This document shows positions 9,310 to 18,545 of a DNA stretch of 64,000 nt, piece by piece. Position 1 is the first letter of the stretch, and each line of letters begins with the position of its first letter. Source of the stretch: an uncultured Gammaproteobacteria bacterium (GTDB lineage: Bacteria; Patescibacteriota; Microgenomatia; JALYQM01); the NCBI GenBank assembly GCA_964525495.1, contig CAZGHS010000001.1, positions 102,263 through 166,262 on the forward strand. The letters are read 5' to 3'. The notes below the pieces were generated by a model, which was given only the letters and a program-made list of their open reading frames with translations, was not told the origin of the DNA and did no database searches. The translations under genes were made by a program, and so were the position numbers.

Positions 9310-10893
9310 TCACAATCCCAACCGATTACTCATCTCACTACCAGTCTCGAAAAGCTCAGGGTCGCTACCACCGTCTTGCTGAACCCGTAATACATTATCC
9401 GGATCTTCTAAATACGTCGCAATCTTATAGTCAGTACCATCCGAGCGGAAGAAATAACCAGCTACAACTTCTTCACCAGCACTATTAATCATAGTCTGAC
9501 CATTCAACGGATCAACAGGCAAAGTAGCCAAATAAGAACTCAAATCAAGCTTAATCCATCCCTTACCTTTTGCATCTCGCAAAGTTGCACTCTCCGTGGC
9601 AGCAATAGAAGAACACGCAGTATTAGTTTTGGCACCACGACATACTGGAAGGTTTACTATAGTCGTAGTAGCTATCGTAGCATCTATAGCCTTACGCAGC
9701 GTAACCAAATCAGTCAATCGAACTGAGTCCCGAGACTTTTTCATCAAACTCGATGAACTATCATTTTGCATAGTCTGCATATATTCTTGTGTTATCTCTT
9801 CGATAGTTTTGGCGTCGGTCGGAGCAGTAATATTCATAGGCATATTATAATTCTTGAATCGAGCTGAAATAGCTACCGATCCCGATTGTGCTGACATTTC
9901 TTTATCATCTATCCGAATAATCGTCTCAAACTTATACAAATAGTCATCTTTTTTATCCAACCACAGATGAAAATCTGTTTTCCCGATCAATGCCAAAGGC
10001 TCATCAAGTGTCTGTAATTCATATTCCGGAATAGCTGAATCAGTAATAATTGGATAAACCTCAGTCAAAAACTGCTTAAATACCACAGGATCAATCCGCA
10101 CAACATAATGCACTGCAGTCTTACCATCAATCACTTCATCAGGGTTACTCGTATCAAACTTCATAAACCTATGCTTCGCATAAATTAATTTAATAGTTTC
10201 CTGATTTTCCCTTAATTTCGCAGCGCCAGACGCATCACGCAGAGAACCAAAAGAACTTGTCGAAGGATTAGTCGCAACCCCCAACATACTATAATTAGAT
10301 GCCTCTTCCGGTATTGCAATCCATTTACCTTTAAACAAATCGAGCTGTGTCAAATCCATACCCAAGTTAGGTAATGAATTTAATTTCACATATACTTTTT
10401 TATCCTTCACAATTCCCTGACCATCAAACATATATTCTGGTTGATTAGGCACATTAATCCGAGCACCAAATGCCAATGCTGAAGCAGGGTTCGCTTTATC
10501 GTTCAAATCAGATTGGCCTCTCATCGTCAACTCATACCGCCCACCCTCACCTGCTGCCTGCAAAGGATCCACTGACAACATCTCAGAAAATATTCCCTTA
10601 TCTGAGACTTGTGTTTGCGAACTTGAAGAAGCATCCACACTTACTTTAATCTCTCCTTCATACTCGATAGACTTCATGTTCTCCAAATGAAGCAACGCAT
10701 TTTCAATTTTCTTCTCTGGCGAATTAACGAGATAAAAATATGCAGCTACACTTCCTACTCCCACCAAAACAAAAACAATAGCAACGATCACAGCTATCAA
10801 GCCTTTTTTAGAAGATTGTCGAGGCGGTTCCGGAGTATACGTAACCTGTGAATAAGTAGTGGACGGTGTTGGTTGTAATGATTCTGTATTCAT
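9310..10893 (-). CDS. secreted/anchored protein with C-terminal type-IV-pilin-like domain
   Basis: Start moved to Met at 10893 because an intrinsic terminator and a promoter lie inside the 5' extension of ORF 9310..11016; signal-anchor (LIAVIVAIVFVLVGVGSVAAYFYL); C-terminal RDSVRLTDLVTLRKAIDAT ... 2 Cys ... resembles the globular part of pseudopilins. Confidence 0.55.
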   Translation of the reverse strand: MNTESLQPTPSTTYSQVTYTPEPPRQSSKKGLIAVIVAIVFVLVGVGSVAAYFYLVNSPEKKIENALLHLENMKSIEYEGEIKVSVDASSSSQTQVSDKGIFSEMLSVDPLQAAGEGGRYELTMRGQSDLNDKANPASALAFGARINVPNQPEYMFDGQGIVKDKKVYVKLNSLPNLGMDLTQLDLFKGKWIAIPEEASNYSMLGVATNPSTSSFGSLRDASGAAKLRENQETIKLIYAKHRFMKFDTSNPDEVIDGKTAVHYVVRIDPVVFKQFLTEVYPIITDSAIPEYELQTLDEPLALIGKTDFHLWLDKKDDYLYKFETIIRIDDKEMSAQSGSVAISARFKNYNMPMNITAPTDAKTIEEITQEYMQTMQNDSSSSLMKKSRDSVRLTDLVTLRKAIDATIATTTIVNLPVCRGAKTNTACSSIAATESATLRDAKGKGWIKLDLSSYLATLPVDPLNGQTMINSAGEEVVAGYFFRSDGTDYKIATYLEDPDNVLRVQQDGGSDPELFETGSEMSNRLGL

Positions 10894-10902
10894 AGTAGCT
10901 CG

Positions 10903-10930
10903 ATAGTACATGCCTACAAAAAGCTGGTCA
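10903..10930 (-). promoter_or_regulatory. sigma70-like promoter (TTGACC-N16-TACTAT) immediately upstream of ATG 10893 (leaderless-type)
   Basis: -35 ttgacc (rc of 10925-10930), -10 tactat (rc of 10903-10908), only 9 nt to the start codon. Confidence 0.4.
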
Positions 10931-10936
10931 ACACCA

Positions 10937-10965
10937 TCAAAAAAAGGACGGCATCTCTGCCGTCC
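10937..10965 (-). terminator. rho-independent terminator of ppa
   Basis: 8-bp GC stem aggacggc/gccgtcct with 6-nt loop followed on the minus strand by T6-7. Confidence 0.65.
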
Positions 10966-10987
10966 TTTTAATATAATCAAATCTAAG

Positions 10988-11515
10988 CTACTTATTCGCC
11001 GCAATTCCTTTTGCAACTTCTTCCAAAGCCACGTCTACACCTTTCCAATCCCGAATCTTAATCCACTTACCAGGTTCAAGCTCTTTATAATGCTCAAAGA
11101 AATGCTTCATCTTGTTTCGCAAAGCTTCTGGAAGATCTTCCACATTCTTATACACACCAAACACTGGATCAATCTTAGCGGTAGGCACAGCTACCAGCTT
11201 CGTATCAACACCCTCTTCATCTTCCATCTCAAGCATTCCGATTATCACAGAAGGAATTACGACGCCTGGAGCAACAGTTTTATCTGACAGTACGAGCACA
11301 TCCAAAGGATCACCATCATCAGCCATCGTACCTGGTATAAAGCCATAATTAAACGGATACGCCATCGATGTATAAAGGAATCGGTCTACAAAAATGACCC
11401 CAGACTCCTTATCCAACTCATATTTAATCGATCCACCCTGCGGGATCTCAATAAACACATTAACGATTTTTTTCTCTTCCTTATTCCAAGGTTTAAGCGA
11501 AAGAACTCCAGACAT
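10988..11515 (-). CDS. ppa: inorganic pyrophosphatase
   Basis: 175 aa; family I PPase signature DGDPLDVLV and overall E. coli Ppa-like sequence. Confidence 0.9.
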   Translation of the reverse strand: MSGVLSLKPWNKEEKKIVNVFIEIPQGGSIKYELDKESGVIFVDRFLYTSMAYPFNYGFIPGTMADDGDPLDVLVLSDKTVAPGVVIPSVIIGMLEMEDEEGVDTKLVAVPTAKIDPVFGVYKNVEDLPEALRNKMKHFFEHYKELEPGKWIKIRDWKGVDVALEEVAKGIAANK

Positions 11516-11585
11516 AAATATCTCCTTGATATTTCTAATACTATGGATTATATTAAATGCCCATTAATAAAACAATTACTTGAAT

Positions 11586-11747
11586 ATGACAATAAAAGAA
11601 CAAGAGATCCAACCACGCATCACAGACTCAAACTTTGAGAGAGGTCGATGGGACGGCTTACGCCGGCTTGAAGCTGCAGCAGATAAAGCTAAACCAATAA
11701 TAAAGTCAATAGATCGTCACAAACGAAAAATTCAAAAAACAGCATAA
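11586..11747 (+). CDS. hypothetical small protein (53 aa)
   Basis: Unlisted short ORF MTIKEQEIQPRITDSNFERGRWDGLRRLEAAADKAKPIIKSIDRHKRKIQKTA; stop overlaps start of next ORF (TAATG). Confidence 0.3.
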   Translation: MTIKEQEIQPRITDSNFERGRWDGLRRLEAAADKAKPIIKSIDRHKRKIQKTA

Positions 11748-11974
11748 TGGAATATAAACGTAAACCTCACACATTTGAGTGCAAGCACGTAACATATCAA
11801 CTTCCAAACCAAGAATTATTCGATAAAGATCCTGAAGCCTGGTTTGTGCAAAGACACCCTGACGCTCCAGAAAGTTTTTCCAAATTAGGTGCAAAAATAA
11901 TTCGCAAAGTAAAAGAAGAAATAAAAACAGAAAAAGAATCTCTAGTTAAACGCCGTCGCACCCGCTCAAGATAA
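11747..11974 (+). CDS. hypothetical small basic protein (75 aa)
   Basis: ORF translationally coupled to the preceding 53-aa ORF; Lys/Arg-rich C-terminus; no family recognised. Confidence 0.35.
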   Translation: MEYKRKPHTFECKHVTYQLPNQELFDKDPEAWFVQRHPDAPESFSKLGAKIIRKVKEEIKTEKESLVKRRRTRSR

Positions 11975-12952
11975 ATACCGCTTTCCCAACTCAGTCACAA
12001 TTCTTCCTCGCGGCGTCCTCTGTATAAACCCCTTCTGCAATAAATACGGCTCAAGTACCTCTTCCACTGTCCCAATATCCTCAGACAACGAAGTCGCCAG
12101 TGTCTCTATCCCCACAGGTCCTCCACCAAACTTCTTAATTATCACTTCAAGCACTCGTCTATCGCTCGCATCCATCCCCTCCTCATCCACATCCAACAAT
12201 CGCAATGCATCCTTCACGATCGCCACTGTTATCTTGTCACTATCGTGCTTCACTTGGGACACATCACGCACTCGTTTCAACAACCGATTCGCAATGCGCG
12301 GCGTACCTCGACTTCTTCGCGCCAATTCTCGAGCAGCTCCTTCCTCTGTTTCAATCCCCAACACCTGAGCTGCCCGACCAATTATCTTAAAAAGCGCATT
12401 ATCATCATAAAACTCAAGTCGATGAATAATCCCAAATCTATCACGCAAAGGCGATGACAACAATCCCACACGAGTCGTCGCACCTATAATCGTAAACTTC
12501 GGCAAATCCAATCGCACATTCCTCGCTGACGGTCCCTTACCGATCACAATATCCAACGCAAAATCCTCCATCGCCGGATACATCACTTCTTCCACCACGC
12601 GACTCAGTCGATGAATCTCATCAATAAACAAAATATCGCGTTCCTGCAAATTAGTCAGAATAGAAGCCAAATCTCCAGCTCGCTCAATCGCCGGCCCAGA
12701 CGTCACTTTAATATTCACTCCCATCTCACGCGCTATCACATGAGAAATAGTAGTCTTACCCAAACCAGGAGGTCCATAAAACAAAAGATGATCCAAAGAC
12801 TCACCCCGCTGCTGAGCGGCCTGCAACGAGATCAACAAATTCTCTTTCATTTTATCCTGACCAATATAGTCTTGCATTCGCTGGGGTCGCAGCGACGCAT
12901 CCAATTGCTCATCTTCAGGAGTTTCCACTTTTGTCGAAGTCACTACACTCAT
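11966..12952 (-). CDS. ruvB: Holliday junction branch-migration ATPase RuvB
   Basis: 328 aa; Walker [14 protein letters not shown], sensor and winged-helix C-terminus typical of RuvB. Confidence 0.95.
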   Translation of the reverse strand: MSVVTSTKVETPEDEQLDASLRPQRMQDYIGQDKMKENLLISLQAAQQRGESLDHLLFYGPPGLGKTTISHVIAREMGVNIKVTSGPAIERAGDLASILTNLQERDILFIDEIHRLSRVVEEVMYPAMEDFALDIVIGKGPSARNVRLDLPKFTIIGATTRVGLLSSPLRDRFGIIHRLEFYDDNALFKIIGRAAQVLGIETEEGAARELARRSRGTPRIANRLLKRVRDVSQVKHDSDKITVAIVKDALRLLDVDEEGMDASDRRVLEVIIKKFGGGPVGIETLATSLSEDIGTVEEVLEPYLLQKGFIQRTPRGRIVTELGKRYLS

Positions 12953-12955
12953 ACA

Positions 12956-13543
12956 TTATTTCCCTAAAAATCCTAACATCTGCTTAATCTGTTTCTGAAT
13001 AGGCGCTTCTTTATCTATCTGTTTAATATACGGATAAACTTCCTTCTCCGAATACCCCAATACCATCAACGCATTCACCAAATCATCCGATGCAGACACA
13101 TCCATCGACATATCTTGCCCATTTACCAACATTACACTCATACCATTCACTTTGTTCTTTAAATCTATCACAATTTTAGCCGCGCCCTTTTTCCCTACTC
13201 CCGACACACTCGCAAACAATCGCTCATCGTCTCGCTGAATCGCCGAAATAATATCATCCGAAGAATATGCAGACAATATACCAATACCCGCCTTAGGACC
13301 CACACCATTTACACTTATCAACAACTTAAAAATTTCCAAATCCTGCACATTCATAAACCCAAACAAACGCAAATCATCTTCTCGCACATGTTGGTACGTA
13401 TAAAAACGTTGCATAACACCTTTTTGAATTTGGGAAAGCACCGAAATCGGCACAAATACTTGATACCCTACTCCTGAAACATTCACATACACAGAGTCAG
13501 AAGTAACATGATCAACAGATCCATCAAGAAAAACTATCATCAA
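12956..13543 (-). CDS. ruvA: Holliday junction DNA helicase RuvA
   Basis: 195 aa; N-terminal OB domain (GVGYQVFVP), HhH motifs (VNGVGPKAG, VSGVGKKGAAKIV). Confidence 0.9.
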   Translation of the reverse strand: MMIVFLDGSVDHVTSDSVYVNVSGVGYQVFVPISVLSQIQKGVMQRFYTYQHVREDDLRLFGFMNVQDLEIFKLLISVNGVGPKAGIGILSAYSSDDIISAIQRDDERLFASVSGVGKKGAAKIVIDLKNKVNGMSVMLVNGQDMSMDVSASDDLVNALMVLGYSEKEVYPYIKQIDKEAPIQKQIKQMLGFLGK

Positions 13544-13603
13544 AAATCAAGATAGCATGCTGTTGAATATTACGCAAACATAACCCAAAACAGAAAGACG
13601 AAC

Positions 13604-14095
13604 TTACCTAACTGTCACTCCATGCGTATACGCTATGGCCAGTGCATCCGCAGCGTCATCAGGCTTGGGAATTTCTTTCAATGCCAGCAACATTTGCACC
13701 ATTCTTTGCATCTGCGCTTTCTCTGCTCGTCCGTATCCAGTCAACGCAACCTTTACCTGCAATGGTGTGTATTCAAAAAAAGGAACTTTAAAATGCTGTG
13801 CAGAAAGCAGTATCACGCCTCTCGCCATGCCCACAATCAATGCAGTCGAAACATTTTTATTAAAGAACAGCTCTTCAACCACAAAAGCATCGGGCTTATG
13901 CTCCCGCAACAACTCAGTCAAACCTGTATAAAGAAGCTCTAATCGCTGCTCCAAAGGTACACCTGCCTCAGTATAAATACACCCATAATCCTTCATTACC
14001 AGTTCTTGCCCTACTTTTCCAGGCTTACCCCGCTCCACCACTCCCCAACCAGTAATCGCAATCCCAGGATCAATTCCTAAAATAATCATAGACAA
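13604..14095 (-). CDS. ruvC: crossover junction endodeoxyribonuclease RuvC
   Basis: 163 aa; [16 protein letters not shown] RNaseH-fold start and catalytic acidic residues; completes ruvC-ruvA-ruvB operon. Confidence 0.9.
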   Translation of the reverse strand: MSMIILGIDPGIAITGWGVVERGKPGKVGQELVMKDYGCIYTEAGVPLEQRLELLYTGLTELLREHKPDAFVVEELFFNKNVSTALIVGMARGVILLSAQHFKVPFFEYTPLQVKVALTGYGRAEKAQMQRMVQMLLALKEIPKPDDAADALAIAYTHGVTVR

Positions 14096-14146
14096 AACAT
14101 AGCACGTTTCTTGAAAGTTCTCAAATATTAAATAGACCTATAGTAT

Positions 14147-14175
14147 TTGACTTTTCAGGCTAAATGTGGTATTAT
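14147..14175 (+). promoter_or_regulatory. strong sigma70-like promoter TTGACT-N17-(TG)TATTAT
   Basis: ttgact at 14147-14152, 17-nt spacer, extended -10 tgg-tattat at 14167-14175; reads into a 320-nt non-coding leader. Confidence 0.5.
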
Positions 14176-14399
14176 AGAAGATGCTCAGTTGAGTTTTGAG
14201 CTCGTTTTCGAGCTTATAAGCTTAAGTGAGCGTGAGCTCAAAAGGTTCACTAGATCTTTAAAAGAAAGACAATAGCAGTGTATGAGTTGAGCCCGAGCTC
14301 AGCCGACGCACAAAATCTACGTCTTTCTGAACCCATACAGCTCACCCCATACTTTTTTCGCCATTTATTTTTCTGATCTACCTTTACCGCACTGTCTGT

Positions 14400-14451
14400 G
14401 ACTGCGGAATAGTGGAAATAACTTCATTGTTGTTCCTACTGTTCCGCAGTC
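14400..14451 (+). promoter_or_regulatory. RNA hairpin (10-bp stem gactgcggaa/ttccgcagtc, 32-nt loop) in the 5' leader of the small secreted-protein gene
   Basis: perfect inverted repeat read directly from sequence; lies about 50 nt upstream of the GGAGG SD of ORF 14507. Confidence 0.45.
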
Positions 14452-14506
14452 TGCAGAAATATCAGCGATGTGCTGAATACGCAGAGCGGTAATGTGGAGG
14501 TGTCAA

Positions 14507-14899
14507 ATGACACGTATCTCTTCTTTTCTCGCGCTCATCCTCGCCGCAGCAATCCTTACCAGCAATCCGACACCAGTTTTGGCTGACGGAGATTTCTCCG
14601 GAACCGAATCGGTCACGTTTGTTGGAGCGGAGAACGTTGTGGTGAACTGTAAGAAAAGTAACTGGGCAAGGATAACTGTCACGTACAACTCCTTTCCCGG
14701 GGACAATCTTGTCATCTCTGCAAGCGATGCTCGACCAAGCGACAACGCGAACCGAACCTATTACTCCATCATCATCGATGAGGAGCATTCAGGGAAGGGT
14801 AGTCGCAGCGTCGATATTCAACTCACCGATGAGCCAACCTACTTCTGGGCAACGCTCGGCAGCGCACAGGACATCAAGTCCCTACGATGCGCTAACTAG
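14507..14899 (+). CDS. small secreted protein (signal peptide, 2 Cys), GC-richer than surroundings
   Basis: Start chosen at Met preceded by ggagg-N7; MTRISSFLALILAAAILTSNPTPVLADG signal peptide; about 100-aa mature beta-rich domain; local GC about 50% vs about 40% genome. Confidence 0.5.
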   Translation: MTRISSFLALILAAAILTSNPTPVLADGDFSGTESVTFVGAENVVVNCKKSNWARITVTYNSFPGDNLVISASDARPSDNANRTYYSIIIDEEHSGKGSRSVDIQLTDEPTYFWATLGSAQDIKSLRCAN

Positions 14900-14905
14900 C
14901 TAACT

Positions 14906-15028
14906 CAGACAATCAGAAAGCCAATGGCGAAACAGACCTTCGATACATAGAATATATTTAAACCTCTGCTTGCAGTGGTGGCGATATCCTATATGTATTT
15001 ATTGTCTGGCCATTGTCTTTCTGATTGT
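14906..15028. repeat. 20-bp inverted repeat (acaatcagaaagccaatggc / gccattgtctttctgattgt, 1 mismatch) with about 75-nt spacer
   Basis: seen directly; sits between the small secreted-protein gene and the HTH-protein gene; spacer itself contains a direct near-repeat (cgatacatagaatatattt / cgatatcctatatgtattt). Confidence 0.5.
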
Positions 15029-15106
15029 TATACAGTAAACGATTCTGTATCTGACGAAGGCGAATTGAAGCCGAAACAATCAAGCTAAGTATGTTATATT
15101 CTCTCC

Positions 15107-15700
15107 ATGCATTACGAAGAATTAGCTGACACATTAGGTCTCGATCTCCACGGACGCATCAATTATCATGACGCACTTGAACGCACCACAATGCTCTTAG
15201 TCCAAGAAGCCCAACAAGGTACATGCCCTCATACTCTCCGTCGTGTCCTAGATCTTTTACCCGCGGCACATACTTTCCAGCAATTCGATCCTCTAGAGCG
15301 TCAAAGACTTCGATCAGTAAGTGTCACTGAAACTAAAGCAACTTTGCTTTACGATTCACTTCTTCGCCGAGTACATGTAGGAAAACTGACTAATCGGATT
15401 GAATTAAATCCCGATCAAACAGAGGTACTGAATGCAGTATTTCAGTTTCCAGGTGAACCATTCTTTTCTGGAGACATAGCAGAAATTCTATACGGCACTA
15501 CAAAAGGAAGATGTATGACGCTAGCGACCACACGAATCCAAGATCTAGCACAAACTATTGAAAAGCCTGATCAATTCTTCTTTATTACTGACATTGAATC
15601 ATACCTATTTGGGGATCCAGATAATTTCTGGAAAAGTCGTATCACGATCCCCGACCGACGTCGAATTTACCAAACCAAACAAAAACCTATAGTAATTTGA
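15107..15700 (+). CDS. hypothetical protein with C-terminal LuxR/sigma-70-region-4-like helix-turn-helix
   Basis: 197 aa; C-terminal DQTEVLNAVFQFPGEPFFSGDIAEILYGTTKGRCMTLATTRIQDLAQ fits the LT-REV-L...S-EIA..L.-S..TV pattern; N-terminal part unrecognised. Confidence 0.45.
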   Translation: MHYEELADTLGLDLHGRINYHDALERTTMLLVQEAQQGTCPHTLRRVLDLLPAAHTFQQFDPLERQRLRSVSVTETKATLLYDSLLRRVHVGKLTNRIELNPDQTEVLNAVFQFPGEPFFSGDIAEILYGTTKGRCMTLATTRIQDLAQTIEKPDQFFFITDIESYLFGDPDNFWKSRITIPDRRRIYQTKQKPIVI

Positions 15701-15902
15701 TTTTAACCTCAAAGCATGCTCTAATAATAGAATATTGAGCGGAAACTAGTCTTACGAGTCTATACTTCACCTCAATTTTTTAATATCCTGTACGTTTACA
15801 TCTTGTGGAATAACTCACTTAGCTACACTCAAAGCATCTCATAATATGGGGCATTTCGAGTGTTGCTAAGTGCAACTTTTTAGAAAAAAAGGGGGGGCTA
15901 TC

Positions 15903-16121
15903 ATGGAGGCAAGTTCAATAACTGTCGGACAAGAGCTACGCTACAACGCGGGTTTTGGACCATGGAATGTCCAGGGAATTGTACGAGTAACCGAGGCCAA
16001 AGCCAACCATAGTGTTATCAAGGTCCAAATTATCAGTATGTCAAAGGACCGCGGGGAAAAAGAATTTTATAAGCCAGGCAAGGTCATAGATGCGGTGGCG
16101 AGCGAACTCTTCCCCAAATAA
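15903..16121 (+). CDS. hypothetical small protein (72 aa)
   Basis: Start taken at MEASS preceded by aggggggg SD-like run; no family recognised. Confidence 0.35.
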   Translation: MEASSITVGQELRYNAGFGPWNVQGIVRVTEAKANHSVIKVQIISMSKDRGEKEFYKPGKVIDAVASELFPK

Positions 16122-16257
16122 TCCACAAGATAACATCTTACAGGACGGCACTAAGGAAAAAGTGTAAAGTGCATGAAGCAGCAGAGTTGTATTGCGAAAG
16201 CGATATACTTTGAGACTTTTATGTAACTACAACCACACCTTAGTGCCTTTTCCGTAT

Positions 16258-17226
16258 TTACCCCAACAATCCACTAGCACCCTTTTCCAGCTCTTCGTTC
16301 ACTCTCTGAATATTCCTCACCCCATATTCCTCAAGCCATATCCGCAAACCATCTTCCCCACCAGTTCCAAACGCAGCAATTCCATCCTGCCATGTCGCCC
16401 GTCCACACAACACTCCGTTATATTTCACACCGCCTTCTCTCACCAATGCAAGAGATTCTAAAAACGAATCAATAGTCACACCAGCACTCAGATAAATAAA
16501 CGGCAAATGTGTCGCTGTTGCAGTATTTTTAATATGTTGCAGTGCTTCAGCTCGAGTATACGCATACTCTTCACCAGCAACACTACTCCCTTGCACATAT
16601 TTTATATTTATAGGTATCTCAACTTTCAAAACATCGATACCATATCGCGCATCAGAGAACTCTTTCATATACGCAGCAACAATTTCAGGCTTTCGCTTAG
16701 CAAATTCCAAGCTCTTCTCGTCCCCTATAGTGTCAGAATATGACACCACTTCAAAAAAGAACGGCATCTCTTCCCGTTTACACTCCTCACCCACTCGTGC
16801 AACAAAATGCCGTTTCTGGTTATTAATCTCATCAGTATCAAACGGATCATAATAAACCAGCAGCTTCACCGCATCAGCACCTTCTTCTCGAAGCTTAGCC
16901 ACAGAGTATCCATCCAACAAATCTGGCAACCGACCTGCCATAGTCGCATCATATCCAGTTTTTTCGTACGCAAGCAACACACCAGCAGTTTCAGATTTCT
17001 TCTCCAAAGCAGGCAGACCATACTGTGAATCTAGCAACACAGCACTCGCATACGGAGTCAAAACCTCGACACACACAGATTTAAACAATGAAATCTCATC
17101 AGCAGTAGCCTCTCGTCCTAAAGACTTAGTCAAAGCCTTACCAAGAGAGCCGCGTTGGTCTATAGCCATTGCAGCCACAACACCATTATCATTTGTTAAT
17201 TTTTGTAGTCGTTCTTTTTTTGTCAT
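16258..17226 (-). CDS. class I aldolase of the tagatose-1,6-bisphosphate aldolase (LacD) family
   Basis: 322 aa; N-terminus MTKKERLQKLTNDNGVVAAMAIDQRGSL ... ELTPYASAVLLDSQYGLPA closely parallels LacD. Confidence 0.75.
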   Translation of the reverse strand: MTKKERLQKLTNDNGVVAAMAIDQRGSLGKALTKSLGREATADEISLFKSVCVEVLTPYASAVLLDSQYGLPALEKKSETAGVLLAYEKTGYDATMAGRLPDLLDGYSVAKLREEGADAVKLLVYYDPFDTDEINNQKRHFVARVGEECKREEMPFFFEVVSYSDTIGDEKSLEFAKRKPEIVAAYMKEFSDARYGIDVLKVEIPINIKYVQGSSVAGEEYAYTRAEALQHIKNTATATHLPFIYLSAGVTIDSFLESLALVREGGVKYNGVLCGRATWQDGIAAFGTGGEDGLRIWLEEYGVRNIQRVNEELEKGASGLLG

Positions 17227-17238
17227 AAGTATATTGAA

Positions 17239-17901
17239 TTAAAGAATAAATGGTTTCTCATCGTCATTCACTACAAAACTATCATCCACAGGCTTATTCT
17301 GCAACTCTTCGTCAATCGCCCGCAGTTCACGCAACGCCTCCTGAGGTGAATCCACGATTGTAAACACATTCAGCTCTTCGTCGCGAATACGCATACTACG
17401 AGTGATAGCCGCAATAATGTCATACCATTGTTTGCCACACAAGATAAGTGGCTTATGATGGCCATAATATAAACGAGCCATAGCCCAGGCCATACCAAAT
17501 TCTGACAAAGTCCCCGTTGCTCCGAGGAAAATCATGTAAACCTGGCCATATTCAAGCAATCGCAAAGTACGCTCTAAATAATTTTTAGTCACGATCTCTT
17601 CATCCATTACATTCGCAGTAGATTTACCTTCGAAATTGCTCGCATTCTTTGGATAAAAGGTCACTCCAATTGTTCGTCCTCCACCAGCTTTCGCACCAGA
17701 AGAAGCAGCGCCCATCACACCAGGTCCACCACCATCTACTACAATATATTTATTCTCTGCAACCAATTTTGCAGTATCAAACGCAAACTTGTACTCTGGA
17801 TCCTCTTTTGTCGAATCCGCGAATCCAAAAAACGCGACCCGTTCGACCTTGCGATGCGGAAAAACTTTCTTAGTATCTAATTGAGCCAGTTGAATCGCCA
17901 T
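17239..17901 (-). CDS. LOG family protein (cytokinin riboside 5'-monophosphate phosphoribohydrolase-like, TIGR00730)
   Basis: 220 aa; VVDGGGPGVMGAASSGAKAGGGRTIGV and PGGxGTxxE-like (GATGTLSEF) motifs. Confidence 0.8.
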   Translation of the reverse strand: MAIQLAQLDTKKVFPHRKVERVAFFGFADSTKEDPEYKFAFDTAKLVAENKYIVVDGGGPGVMGAASSGAKAGGGRTIGVTFYPKNASNFEGKSTANVMDEEIVTKNYLERTLRLLEYGQVYMIFLGATGTLSEFGMAWAMARLYYGHHKPLILCGKQWYDIIAAITRSMRIRDEELNVFTIVDSPQEALRELRAIDEELQNKPVDDSFVVNDDEKPFIL

Positions 17902-17903
17902 AT

Positions 17904-18545
17904 TTACATTCCTTTCAATAAGCTATATTTCTCTATAACATTTTCATCAGATAAGTACGAAGTACTGATCAGATGAGTTGCACCCGCCTCGATGATAGCA
18001 GGTGCAGTCAGATTATCAACATGTCCATCAGCAGCGATAGTTAAAGCAGGAAGCCACGAACGCACTTTACGAATTTGTGTTAATTGATCTTCCTTAAATG
18101 GCATACCGGAAAAACCTAAATTAATAGTCATAATCATTATATGATCAAAACGACCGAGCAAATCATGATTCACAATATCTTGACCACGTTTAAAAACCAA
18201 ACCAAACTCCATACCCAAAGCATGCACATGATTTTGCGCCTGCAATGCAGCTACATACGACCCACTCTCAATTGCATCCAAATGTACCAAGACGCGAGAA
18301 AACCCAGCCTGCTTACAAACATCAAAATATGAATAGGGATCTTCTACCATCAAATGAGCTTCAAAAAAACCACCGGGCAAAAACCCAAGCTCTTCTACAC
18401 TGACTGTAGTATTTTCGACATATTTGCCATCAGCAATATCAATGTGAAATCCATCAACACTCTCTCCAAACAAGGAGATACGAGAAAAAACGTCATCGAC
18501 GCTTTTAGTTAATATTCCGGGATAAACAATCATACTAGCGAACAC
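17904..18545 (-). CDS. rpe: ribulose-phosphate 3-epimerase
   Basis: 213 aa; HIDIADG and HLMVEDP motifs, TIM-barrel Rpe pattern. Confidence 0.85.
   Translation of the reverse strand: MFASMIVYPGILTKSVDDVFSRISLFGESVDGFHIDIADGKYVENTTVSVEELGFLPGGFFEAHLMVEDPYSYFDVCKQAGFSRVLVHLDAIESGSYVAALQAQNHVHALGMEFGLVFKRGQDIVNHDLLGRFDHIMIMTINLGFSGMPFKEDQLTQIRKVRSWLPALTIAADGHVDNLTAPAIIEAGATHLISTSYLSDENVIEKYSLLKGM

Noticed and set aside
14180-14500. tRNA, tmRNA, RNase P or SRP RNA in the long leader after ruvC
   Set aside because: No tRNA-like T-arm (GGTTCGAATCC-type) or acceptor end, no tmRNA tag or TLD, and no RNase P or SRP domain-IV consensus was recognisable by eye. It is kept only as an unclassified structured leader.
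14906-15028. Inverted repeat as the termini of a MITE or IS element
   Set aside because: No transposase, no recognisable target-site duplication, and only about 120 bp total. It is reported as a structural or regulatory repeat instead.
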